Positions 7,176 through 14,390 of a stretch of DNA of 14,390 nt are shown piece after piece (the first letter of the stretch is position 1; each line of letters starts with the position of its first letter). The position numbers were made by a program, and so were the translations under genes. The notes under the pieces are model-generated. The model was given only the letters and a program-made list of their open reading frames with translations, had not been told where the DNA came from and searched no databases. Location of the stretch: NCBI GenBank assembly GCA_964625085.1, contig CAZVAJ010000007.1, positions 27,013 to 41,402 of the forward strand, in the 5' to 3' direction. This DNA is from Candidatus Micrarchaeota archaeon (lineage in GTDB: Archaea > B1Sed10-29 > JAJSAI01).

Positions 7176-8461
7176 CAACGTTCCAGCCCCCGCGGGGCAT
7201 GCGTGACTATGGCCCCAAAGAAATGGTCAAACAGAATTACGTGTTCAACAAGATAAAAGAAGTGTTCATGAGGTACGGGTTTGACGAACTGGATACGCCG
7301 GCAGTTGAGTCTTATGAGTTGCTTGCCGCAAAAGGAGGGGGTGGAGAAGAGATAAAAAAAGAAATATACTATTTCAAGGACCAGTCTGGCCGCGAGCTCG
7401 GCCTGCGGTTCGAGTTCACCACCAGCGCGGCCCGTTACGTTACTAACAAACCAAATCTCTTACTGCCTTTCAAGAAATACCAGATAGGCAAGGTATGGAG
7501 GTATGACAGGCCCCAGAAAGGAAGGTACCGGGAGTTTTACCAGTGCGACGCTGATATCATAGGATCTTCAGAACCAGAAGCTGATGCTGAAATAATAAGC
7601 ATGACAGTAGACGCATTAAAAGAGACTGGTTTTTCTGACTTTTACGTTAAAATCAATTCCCGGAACCTGCTCGAAGGACTGCTTGTTCAAGAAGGAGTGC
7701 AGAAGGAAAAGTGCGAAGATTTCATGCGGAGTGTAGACAAGCTGGACAAGCTTGGGGAACCTGGAGTAGTGGAAGAACTTGTGCAGAAAGGGTTTGAAGA
7801 ACCCGTGGTGCAGAAGGCTTTGAGCGCCATAAAATACAAAGGAGATCTAAAGCAAGGTCTTGAAAACATCAAGGCTGAGAACGAGCTTGCGAAAAAGGGA
7901 CTGGAAGAGTTAAAAAAACTTTCCCGCGCGCTTGAGGAGTACTCGCCTGACGCAGAACTTGTGCTTGACCTAAGCCTGGCAAGAGGTTTGGGATACTATA
8001 CTGGCATCGTTTTTGAGGTGTGGTCAAGAGAGTTTAACAGTTCACTTGCGGGAGGAGGAAGATGGGATAACCTCATAGAAATCTTAGGAGGCAAGCCAAC
8101 ACCAGCTACTGGAATCGCAATAGGGGTTGAAAGGCTGATAATGTTAATGGAAGAAAAGGGCTTGCTTGAGAACATTCCAAAAACCGTGTGCAAAGTTTTT
8201 GTCGCTCCTGTCAATGATGACACGCGCAAGAGAGCGTTTGAAATACTCAAAATGCTCAGAGAAAATGGGATCCCTTCTGAAACAGACCTTATGGGAAGAA
8301 AGCTCCGCAAACAGCTTGAGTATGCTTCAGGAAGAGGAATACAGTATGTTGTGATAGTAGGACAGAAGGACCTAGAAGAAGGAAAGGTCACGGTAAGAAA
8401 CATGCTCACAGGAGAAGAAAAGAAGGTCAGGACAGAAGAAGTTACGAGCATGTTCTCTTAG
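7172..8461 (+). CDS. hisS: Histidine--tRNA ligase
   Basis: PRGMRD, LRFEFT, motif 2 WRYDRPQKGRYREFYQCDAD, LARGLGYYTG, GGGRWD, motif 3 GIAIGVERL, C-terminal anticodon-binding domain. Confidence 0.98.
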   Translation: MTTFQPPRGMRDYGPKEMVKQNYVFNKIKEVFMRYGFDELDTPAVESYELLAAKGGGGEEIKKEIYYFKDQSGRELGLRFEFTTSAARYVTNKPNLLLPFKKYQIGKVWRYDRPQKGRYREFYQCDADIIGSSEPEADAEIISMTVDALKETGFSDFYVKINSRNLLEGLLVQEGVQKEKCEDFMRSVDKLDKLGEPGVVEELVQKGFEEPVVQKALSAIKYKGDLKQGLENIKAENELAKKGLEELKKLSRALEEYSPDAELVLDLSLARGLGYYTGIVFEVWSREFNSSLAGGGRWDNLIEILGGKPTPATGIAIGVERLIMLMEEKGLLENIPKTVCKVFVAPVNDDTRKRAFEILKMLRENGIPSETDLMGRKLRKQLEYASGRGIQYVVIVGQKDLEEGKVTVRNMLTGEEKKVRTEEVTSMFS

Positions 8462-8484
8462 AACCACACTAAATATAGGGCGTA

Positions 8485-8505
8485 GTTTGAGTGAATCACT
8501 CAAAC
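8485..8505. promoter_or_regulatory. Perfect 21-bp palindrome (candidate operator or hairpin)
   Basis: GTTTGAGTGA-A-TCACTCAAAC, flanked by AGGG/CCCT; 25 nt upstream of TTTATATT (8530-8537). Confidence 0.6.
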
Positions 8506-8560
8506 ACCCTCTGGCAGAAGAGCACCTCGTTTATATTCGTCTTTCGCCCCAATGTGATTA

Positions 8561-9424
8561 ATGCTCAGAAGATCTAAACTCAAAAAATCTAAAAGACAAC
8601 CTAAGAAGAAAAAGCCGCACTTAACCTCTCTAAAAAAGGTTTGGACCAAGAGTTATACTGAAACGAAAGACAAGAAAGGGCAGAAACTCCATGACGAAAG
8701 CTGGGGCCCTCTTTTCGTGATGCAAGCAGGGAAAACTGCTCCCAAGCTCCAAGCAGTAGTCAAGGAAAAGTGGCCCAAAAACTGGGGAAAATTCCTCGGG
8801 AGGAGGATAAAAGAAAGGAAAGTGTACCTTAGGGAAGAGGAAATACCTACTAAAATGAGAGGATCTTGGCTCAGTGCCGGCTCCCTTGCGATCCCAAGCG
8901 TTGGAAACAAAAAGGACCACATCAAAATCCTCAGGGAAAAAGACAGAGTAATCCGCGACCTTGCCCAGGCAATGTACGAACAAGTAACACTAGGAGTAGA
9001 ACACGGAGACTTCCACCCTGGCAACATCCTGTTTTACGAGGACGAACACGGGCACATGCGGGCAAAAGTCATAGACTACGAGTACGGAAGGCTGACGAGC
9101 CAAACAATCAGGGGAAAAAGGGAAAGACCATATTTCGAGATAGTAGGAAAAAACGCTCCCCACGTGTCGGACTACGATGCACTCAAAGACCACGTCAAGG
9201 AAATGTTCTCTTACAAACTCGAGAAGGACGCGCATGGAAGAATCAAGATAACTGAAGACAAGAGAGCAGGGGAAGAAGCAGCCAAAATGTTCGAGAAGAT
9301 GTTCCTGTCAATGATCGAACGAGAAGGCAGGCCCAAGAGGAAACTGAGAGTGATAAAAGAAAGGCCTGAAAAGCCCTCTGGTTTGAAAAGGTTAAAGAAC
9401 CTGTTCAAGCGTTTTATTCCATGA
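8561..9424 (+). CDS. Protein-kinase-like (APH/RIO/Bud32-type fold) protein with very basic termini
   Basis: Catalytic loop HGDFHPGNI and Mg-binding VIDYEYG; candidate VVK lysine; N-lobe divergent. Stop overlaps the UDG start (ATGA). Confidence 0.75.
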   Translation: MLRRSKLKKSKRQPKKKKPHLTSLKKVWTKSYTETKDKKGQKLHDESWGPLFVMQAGKTAPKLQAVVKEKWPKNWGKFLGRRIKERKVYLREEEIPTKMRGSWLSAGSLAIPSVGNKKDHIKILREKDRVIRDLAQAMYEQVTLGVEHGDFHPGNILFYEDEHGHMRAKVIDYEYGRLTSQTIRGKRERPYFEIVGKNAPHVSDYDALKDHVKEMFSYKLEKDAHGRIKITEDKRAGEEAAKMFEKMFLSMIEREGRPKRKLRVIKERPEKPSGLKRLKNLFKRFIP

Positions 9425-9978
9425 TGAACACATTGGACGATCTCGCGCGTGAGATACGAACCTGCAGAAAATGCCCCTTGTATAAAACCAGGAACCAAGC
9501 TGTGCCTGGAGAGGGCCCTGAAAACGCCAGGTTTTTTCTTGTTGGCGAAGCTCCTGGAAAAAAAGAAGATGAAACAGGCCTGCCGTTCGTTGGAATATCC
9601 GGCAGGTTCCTGGAAAGAGAACTGGAAAGAGAAGGGTTCAAAAGAAGCAGTTTCTTCATAACCGGAGCAGTTAAATGCAGGCCTCCTAAAAACAGGACCC
9701 CCACACAGGCAGAAGTCAAGGCATGCCTGCCTTACACGCTGAAACAAATACAGCTTGTGGATCCGGACTTTCTGCTTCTTGCAGGAAATACTGCAATTCA
9801 CGCGATTGCAGGCAAGGGATACTGCGTTTCAAAAGACTCGGGAAAAGTAATTGAAAAAACAGTTGCAGGAAGAATACGAAAATTGGTGCTAATGCCTCAT
9901 CCTGCTGCTGCGATGAGGTTTCCTGTAATGAGGAACAAATTTTCTGACGCGCTCAGAAAACTAAAGAAACTTGCCTAA
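9421..9978 (+). CDS. udg: Uracil-DNA glycosylase, family 4-like (4Fe-4S)
   Basis: CRKCPL, VPGEG, GEAPGKKED, PFVG, KCRPPKNRTP, fourth Cys in KAC, HPAA. Confidence 0.93.
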   Translation: MMNTLDDLAREIRTCRKCPLYKTRNQAVPGEGPENARFFLVGEAPGKKEDETGLPFVGISGRFLERELEREGFKRSSFFITGAVKCRPPKNRTPTQAEVKACLPYTLKQIQLVDPDFLLLAGNTAIHAIAGKGYCVSKDSGKVIEKTVAGRIRKLVLMPHPAAAMRFPVMRNKFSDALRKLKKLA

Positions 9979-11202
9979 TTTTGTTTGGGGTTCTGACAGT
10001 TTTTCTGAATTATCTTCTGGAAGAATTATCTCCCCGTACACCCCGTCATAACCTGGGCGTATCCTAATACTTTCCTCTCTATTCATTATTATCAAAGACG
10101 CTGTTTTGTCTCCCAGCTCCTTTTCAAGCTCATCATAAGGCGTGTTGAACAGGACGTTAAACTCGCTGCCGAAGAGCGATATCAAACGCGCTGTTTTCCT
10201 GAAAACTGACTGTGATCCTACTCCCATGCGCTCAGCTGCTGCTATCAGTTCAGCTAAAGGAACTACTCTTTTGAAATCCTTAGCGTTCTCTGGCTTGTAA
10301 CCGTAGGATCTGTCAGCAAGCTCTAAAACGCGGTGCATCACGCCTATTGTCAGCGGTTTTCCGCAAACAGGGCAGATGTTGTTGTGTTTTTCTGCTTCTT
10401 CCGGAGTCATAGAAACCCCGCAGTTCCTGTGCCCGTCATAGTGGTACTTTCCATAGGAAGGGTCAACTTCTACTGTTGAAACAAGTCCTTTGCCTGTGCG
10501 CACTGCGTTTATCATCTCTTTATAGCTCGTGACGTTAAACACTGTGGCTTCCCTGCCAAGTCTGAAGGAGTACGGGGAATGGGCGTCTGAAAAAGACACC
10601 AGGTTAATGCCATCAAGCTGGCTGAGCATCCAGTTCATCTCAGGATCGCTTGAGAGCCCTGTTTCTACCGCATGAATATACTGGGCCTGGTCTCCAAACG
10701 CTTCTTTCAAAGAATCAAATCCTGACATTGATCCGAACGTTCCAAACCAAGGGGTCCACACGTGCGCGGGCACAACTTCCGCGTCTTTTGTTACACTGCG
10801 CACAAGTTCTATTACTTCAGGCCCGGTGCGGTTGAAGATCGGTCTGCCGTCATAGTCCAGCCTGCCCCATTTTGCCAGTTCTGAATTAAGCTGGGCGACC
10901 GCTTCCAGGTCTGGAAGAATGAGAACAAGATGAATTCGCCTGCCTTTACCACCTTGAGAGTACATCAAAGAGATTTCAGAAGTTGAAACAAACTTAATGC
11001 CCTCCTTGTGGTAAAACCCGTCAGGACCAATCTCTCCTAAACCTTCTTTAAGTTCTTCATAGTATTTAGGGTGCGTGAAATCGCCGGTCCCAAGTATAGT
11101 AAGCCCTTTTTCTTTAGCTGCCTTAGGCAGTTCAAGAGGATTCATTTTTTTGCTAGTGGCTCTGGAGTAGTGGGAGTGAATGTGCAAGTCAGCGTATTCC
11201 AC
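9961..11202 (-). CDS. endoQ: Endonuclease Q family protein (PHP domain plus Zn finger)
   Basis: DLHIHSHYS, GTGDFTHP, AHVWTPW, ETGLSSD, SDAHS, GKYHYDGHRNC..CPVCG, GVMHRV, PGYDGVYG. GTG start after GGTGA. Confidence 0.92.
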   Translation of the reverse strand: MEYADLHIHSHYSRATSKKMNPLELPKAAKEKGLTILGTGDFTHPKYYEELKEGLGEIGPDGFYHKEGIKFVSTSEISLMYSQGGKGRRIHLVLILPDLEAVAQLNSELAKWGRLDYDGRPIFNRTGPEVIELVRSVTKDAEVVPAHVWTPWFGTFGSMSGFDSLKEAFGDQAQYIHAVETGLSSDPEMNWMLSQLDGINLVSFSDAHSPYSFRLGREATVFNVTSYKEMINAVRTGKGLVSTVEVDPSYGKYHYDGHRNCGVSMTPEEAEKHNNICPVCGKPLTIGVMHRVLELADRSYGYKPENAKDFKRVVPLAELIAAAERMGVGSQSVFRKTARLISLFGSEFNVLFNTPYDELEKELGDKTASLIIMNREESIRIRPGYDGVYGEIILPEDNSEKLSEPQTKLGKFL

Positions 11203-11206
11203 AGGA

Positions 11207-11986
11207 TCACCTGAAGTAAGCCATCCTGTCCATTGTTGAAAGTTCTTTGCCCCGCAGGAGTTCCTTGTTTTGTTTTTCCTGGGCTTTTTTGATTTTCTCG
11301 AACTCTTTGTCTATTTCTTTCGCCATTTTTTCCAGTCCAGCGTACGAGATTTTTATCTTTATAAGGTTTGTGAGTACTTTTAGAACGTGTTCTGCCGAGT
11401 TTGGGTCTGCGTACGCGCCGTGTGTTTCTCCCATCAAGCAGGCTCCTTTCATGCCATACTCTTTTCCTATCCCAAGCATCAGGCCAGCGGCCCCCACTAT
11501 AAACGTGGGGCCTCCTTTGAACAGCACGCCTTGCTTTTCCAGCTGCTTCTTTAGCTTTTGGTCTGTTACTGCTCCGAATATCCGGGGTTTTTTCGTCATC
11601 CTTCCAGTGCCAAATCCTCCAAGAGTGTATAACATTTTTGTGTTGTACTTGTACGCGAGTTTTACTGCTGCTTCAGAAACTTCATAGTGTGAGTCTGCTG
11701 ATAAGCCTTGATGGTCTCCCATGAGTATTATCAGGTCGTTCTTTCCTTTTTTGTTCTTCCAGTAGTAGAAAGTGTTTTCGAACATTGAAATCTCGCCGCG
11801 GTCATCTACAATAACCTGTGGAGGAAAATAACAAGATCTCATCACTGCAAAGGGCTGGGCATCAAGTTCATTTACGAGCTGCTCTGCAGCAAGCCTGCCC
11901 ACAAGGCCAACGCCTGGAAGCCCCTCTACCAAGATAGGCTTTTTGAGCCGGGGTCTTTTTTTAAATGTTATCTGGATCGGTTGCAT
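11207..11986 (-). CDS. PAC2-family proteasome assembly chaperone
   Basis: EGLPGVGLVG, FPPQV, GDHQ, TLGGFG, IVGAAGL, CLMGETHG, DP; usual position downstream of nop10. Confidence 0.92.
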   Translation of the reverse strand: MQPIQITFKKRPRLKKPILVEGLPGVGLVGRLAAEQLVNELDAQPFAVMRSCYFPPQVIVDDRGEISMFENTFYYWKNKKGKNDLIILMGDHQGLSADSHYEVSEAAVKLAYKYNTKMLYTLGGFGTGRMTKKPRIFGAVTDQKLKKQLEKQGVLFKGGPTFIVGAAGLMLGIGKEYGMKGACLMGETHGAYADPNSAEHVLKVLTNLIKIKISYAGLEKMAKEIDKEFEKIKKAQEKQNKELLRGKELSTMDRMAYFR

Positions 11987-12001
11987 AGAATTTTTTCCAA
12001 C

Positions 12002-12016
12002 AAAAGGGTTTATATA
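12002..12016. promoter_or_regulatory. Bidirectional TATA box for PAC2 (-, probably leaderless) and the orphan ORF (+)
   Basis: AAAAGGG-TTTATATA (12009-12016); reads TATATAAA on the minus strand, 23 nt before the PAC2 ATG. Confidence 0.55.
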
Positions 12017-12089
12017 CCTGTTTGACTACTATTATACTACAACCTTGTTTTTGGGTTCGTTAAGAAGGAAAAAGGGAGGAGTGTATTTT

Positions 12090-12389
12090 ATGGACCTGTT
12101 TGAGGATGATGTAGGAACACTGTACGCTTTCAAAATCCAGACCGAAGGCGAGAAAAAGAGAGTGGTAGTAATAGAAGCGCCTGAACAGAACAGGGAGTTC
12201 AGGGTCCCGAAAGAGATCTGGGACATGTTCAACGCAAAGTATTACCACTTGTACAATCTTGCGCAGGCTCCTGTGCAGAATACTGCCGGAAGGGATGAAA
12301 AGCTGTACAAGAGATACATGAGGATAAAGAAAGCCGGCAGCAAAAAGACGGTAAAAAGGACCAGGACAGTTAAGAGGAGAAAGAATTAG
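12090..12389 (+). CDS. Small hypothetical protein (99 aa) with basic C-terminal tail
   Basis: ATG 12090 after GGGAGGAGTG; MDLFEDDVGTLYAFKIQ...KKTVKRTRTVKRRKN; fills the nop10-PAC2 gap. Confidence 0.65.
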   Translation: MDLFEDDVGTLYAFKIQTEGEKKRVVVIEAPEQNREFRVPKEIWDMFNAKYYHLYNLAQAPVQNTAGRDEKLYKRYMRIKKAGSKKTVKRTRTVKRRKN

Positions 12390-12564
12390 AGTAAAGAAGC
12401 TTCCTCCTCTTTTCTTTGTATTTGTCTTGTTCTGAGAAGGGTACTGGACGAGCAAGAGTAGTCTGCTCTCCACAGACAGGACACTGTTTTTTTAAGGAGT
12501 AATGATAATTTGGGCATCTTCTGATTCTAGGCTTTTGCTTTTTCGTAGGAGAATTCACCGCCAT
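12370..12564 (-). CDS. nop10: H/ACA RNP protein Nop10 (start uncertain: ATG 12564 or ACG 12546)
   Basis: IRRCPNYHYSLKKQCPVCG..T..ARPVPFSEQDKYKEKRR matches the Nop10 pattern; directly downstream of aIF2alpha. Confidence 0.88.
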   Translation of the reverse strand: MAVNSPTKKQKPRIRRCPNYHYSLKKQCPVCGEQTTLARPVPFSEQDKYKEKRRKLLYSNSFSS

Positions 12565-13300
12565 TTTTGGTCACGAATTTTTCCATTTCCTGAAGCACAG
12601 AATCAAGCTCCTGCTCTGCTTCTTGGTAGGAGTTGGCCTCAATTTTTATCCTATATTTTGGGGCTCCAACGTATAGTACATCCAGTCCCTGCTTTTCGGG
12701 GATTTTGAATGCTTTTTTTATGAGCTCCAGTCCGTTGTTTGTCCTGAAGGTCAAATTAATGTCAGCGGAGAGGCTTACTTTGGAGATCGTGATGTTTTTA
12801 TCAGCAAACTCTTTCAGCTTGTCCTGCCATTTTTTTGGAATTTTCAGGCCCTCAAATGCCTTGTCTCCTTCCAGTTTTATGTTTTCTAAAGCCGCGAGCA
12901 GGTCTCCGTACTCATTAATGAGAGGGATTGCTATCTCCTTGTATGCTTTATTAAAATCTTCTTTGAGATCCCTGCATATGGCTTCAAACATCTTGTCTGC
13001 TCTTTTTTCCCTTTTCCAATCATCCATCTTCCGTTTCTGCTGTTGAGCAGACACTTTTTTCAGAGAGAGGTTTATCACGTTGTCTTCTGGCCTGACCCTT
13101 TCAACGTACGCTGCTCTAAGCGCGCCTATTGAGATAAAACTTCTGATGTTTTTAACCCACGAACTAGCGATCTGAGAGATGTGAATAAACCCTTCTTTTC
13201 CAGGGTATTCTACAAGTTCTGCTTTTGCTCCGTACGGCATTATCTCTTTTATTTTGACGATCACTATTTCTCCGACTGACGGCCATTCTTCTGTTTTCAA
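12527..13300 (-). CDS. eif2a: Translation initiation factor aIF2 alpha subunit
   Basis: WPSVGEIV S1 domain, EYPGKEGFIHISQIASSWVKNIR, INLSLKKV, YVGAPKYRI. TTG start after AGGAG. Confidence 0.96.
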   Translation of the reverse strand: MKTEEWPSVGEIVIVKIKEIMPYGAKAELVEYPGKEGFIHISQIASSWVKNIRSFISIGALRAAYVERVRPEDNVINLSLKKVSAQQQKRKMDDWKREKRADKMFEAICRDLKEDFNKAYKEIAIPLINEYGDLLAALENIKLEGDKAFEGLKIPKKWQDKLKEFADKNITISKVSLSADINLTFRTNNGLELIKKAFKIPEKQGLDVLYVGAPKYRIKIEANSYQEAEQELDSVLQEMEKFVTKNGGEFSYEKAKA

Positions 13301-13321
13301 AGGAAACTCTCCTATTGTTTT

Positions 13322-13492
13322 TCAGAAAGATTTTATGACGGTGGCGTTAACCTTTGCCTTCCCGCCGGTTGGTTCCACGAGCAACTTGCCGCATGCACTG
13401 CATTTTACAGACGTGCTCGCGTGGCTGAACGTAATCTGCTCGTTTCCGCACTCACATTTTACCTTAACAAAATTGGTGTTAGGAGTAAGCAT
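13322..13492 (-). CDS. rps27e: 30S ribosomal protein S27e (absent from the ORF track)
   Basis: Manual translation MLTPNTNFVKVKCECGNEQITFSHASTSVKCSACGKLLVEPTGGKAKVNATVIKSF; PTGGKA signature; lies between L44e and aIF2alpha. Confidence 0.96.
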   Translation of the reverse strand: MLTPNTNFVKVKCECGNEQITFSHASTSVKCSACGKLLVEPTGGKAKVNATVIKSF

Positions 13493-13497
13493 TTTGA

Positions 13498-13797
13498 TCA
13501 CACTCCTTTTTTAAGCTCTATCTTTTTTCTTGTCCTTTCTCCAACAGTCCTCTGCTGCTTTTTCTTGCACTGCGTGCACTCTAGCATCAGCACGTTCCTC
13601 TGGGACTGTTTAACGTGATCAGCGTTCCCTGCAATTCTGCTGGTGTATCCTTTTGTTCTTCTTATGAACTTCCTCTGACCCCAAGCTGTTTTTCTTGCAG
13701 GAGCTGGGCTCTTTTTCTGTGTAACCTTTTTTATTTTGTGCTTGGTGTGCGTCTTGCACTTCGGGCAGTATGTCCGTATCTCTTTTGGCATGTTCAT
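13498..13797 (-). CDS. rpl44e: 50S ribosomal protein L44e (eL42)
   Basis: MPKEIRTYCPKCKTHTKH, WGQRKF, LECTQCKK, RTRKKIEL. Confidence 0.95.
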   Translation of the reverse strand: MNMPKEIRTYCPKCKTHTKHKIKKVTQKKSPAPARKTAWGQRKFIRRTKGYTSRIAGNADHVKQSQRNVLMLECTQCKKKQQRTVGERTRKKIELKKGV

Positions 13798-13803
13798 TTT
13801 TTA

Positions 13804-14390
13804 TCACACTCTTTCTGCAAACCCTTTTTCCACCAGGAGCAAGGCCTCTTTTTCAGGAAGTTTTACAAGATCCCGTGCCTGGAACGGCCCGTACTCCGTC
13901 ATGTCCGAGGAAACGAATTTCGGAACTTTCTGTATTATTCTTACCAGCACCATATTTAAAGATTGTTCTTCCTCAATTTTGTCTATTGCTTCAAGGGCCT
14001 TTGAAGCTTCATGCTGAGCTTCTGTGCCTGAAACAGGTCTTTCTCCTACAAGCACCCCTTCAAATTCATCATTCATGTTTTCAAGACTGCTTATTACATT
14101 TTGGTAGCATGTTTTTTCAATTTCTATGACTGCAGGCTGGTTATTGCCGTTATCATTGAAGGTTCTTAGCGCATGCAAAAGCATTTTCTGGCTTCTCCTT
14201 TGGAATATGTCTCTTGACACGCGGACAACGTTTTCAAGCAGGCGGATGTCTTTGGGGGAACCTGTAGCTTTGTATTCTTTTATGAGCGATCCTACGTACT
14301 CTGAAAGCTGGGTGTAAAAATCTTGAGGGATCTGCGCAAGGTCAGAACTGTTTTTCTCAAGCCTTTGCAGTCTTCTCAGTTCTTCATAGT
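13804..14390 (-). CDS. GINS complex subunit (Gins51/Gins15 type); 5' end lies beyond the window
   Basis: Frame stays open beyond track start 14220 to the window edge: YEELRRLQRLEKNSSDLAQIPQDFY...RDIFQRRSQK (A domain); C-terminal VRIIQKVPKFVSSDMTEYGPFQARDLVKLP..A.LLVEKGFAE (B domain). Canonical position upstream of L44e. Confidence 0.88.
   Translation of the reverse strand, partial: YEELRRLQRLEKNSSDLAQIPQDFYTQLSEYVGSLIKEYKATGSPKDIRLLENVVRVSRDIFQRRSQKMLLHALRTFNDNGNNQPAVIEIEKTCYQNVISSLENMNDEFEGVLVGERPVSGTEAQHEASKALEAIDKIEEEQSLNMVLVRIIQKVPKFVSSDMTEYGPFQARDLVKLPEKEALLLVEKGFAERV

Noticed and set aside
8485..8505. CRISPR repeat or bacterial-type intrinsic terminator
   Set aside because: Single copy with no spacers or cas genes, and no U-tract.
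8630..9801. Alternative-frame ORFs overlapping the kinase-like gene and udg
   Set aside because: Shadow ORFs of better-supported genes.
11943..12089. Track start 11943 for the orphan ORF, and the 12060-12473 minus ORF
   Set aside because: The extension overlaps PAC2 and its promoter; the RBS supports ATG 12090. The minus ORF is a shadow.

Overview
Archaeal chromosomal window, probably from a DPANN-type lineage (inference from GGTGA ribosome-binding sites, BRE-TTTATA promoters, compact overlapping genes and a T-loop tRNA intron). Left to right: 5' part of an S-layer gene with duplicated promoter and leader hairpin; wHTH-fused hypothetical; BofA-like membrane protein; AmmeMemoRadiSam radical SAM enzyme; stand-alone multi-TM protein; lemA-htpX; basic coiled-coil protein; an unusual cluster (AbrB-like ORF running in frame through an intron-containing tRNA-His, a degenerate class I LysRS-like ORF, hisS); a kinase-like ORF; family-4 UDG convergent with EndoQ; and the conserved GINS-L44e-S27e-aIF2alpha-Nop10-PAC2 cluster interrupted by an opposite-strand orphan. 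The best candidate for a new system is the AbrB/tRNA-His/pseudo-LysRS/hisS unit (6112-8461). The 45-nt tRNA intron at position 59/60 preserves the reading frame of the overlapping ORF, and no separate tRNA promoter is visible. All protein calls are from motif recognition by eye; no searches were run.
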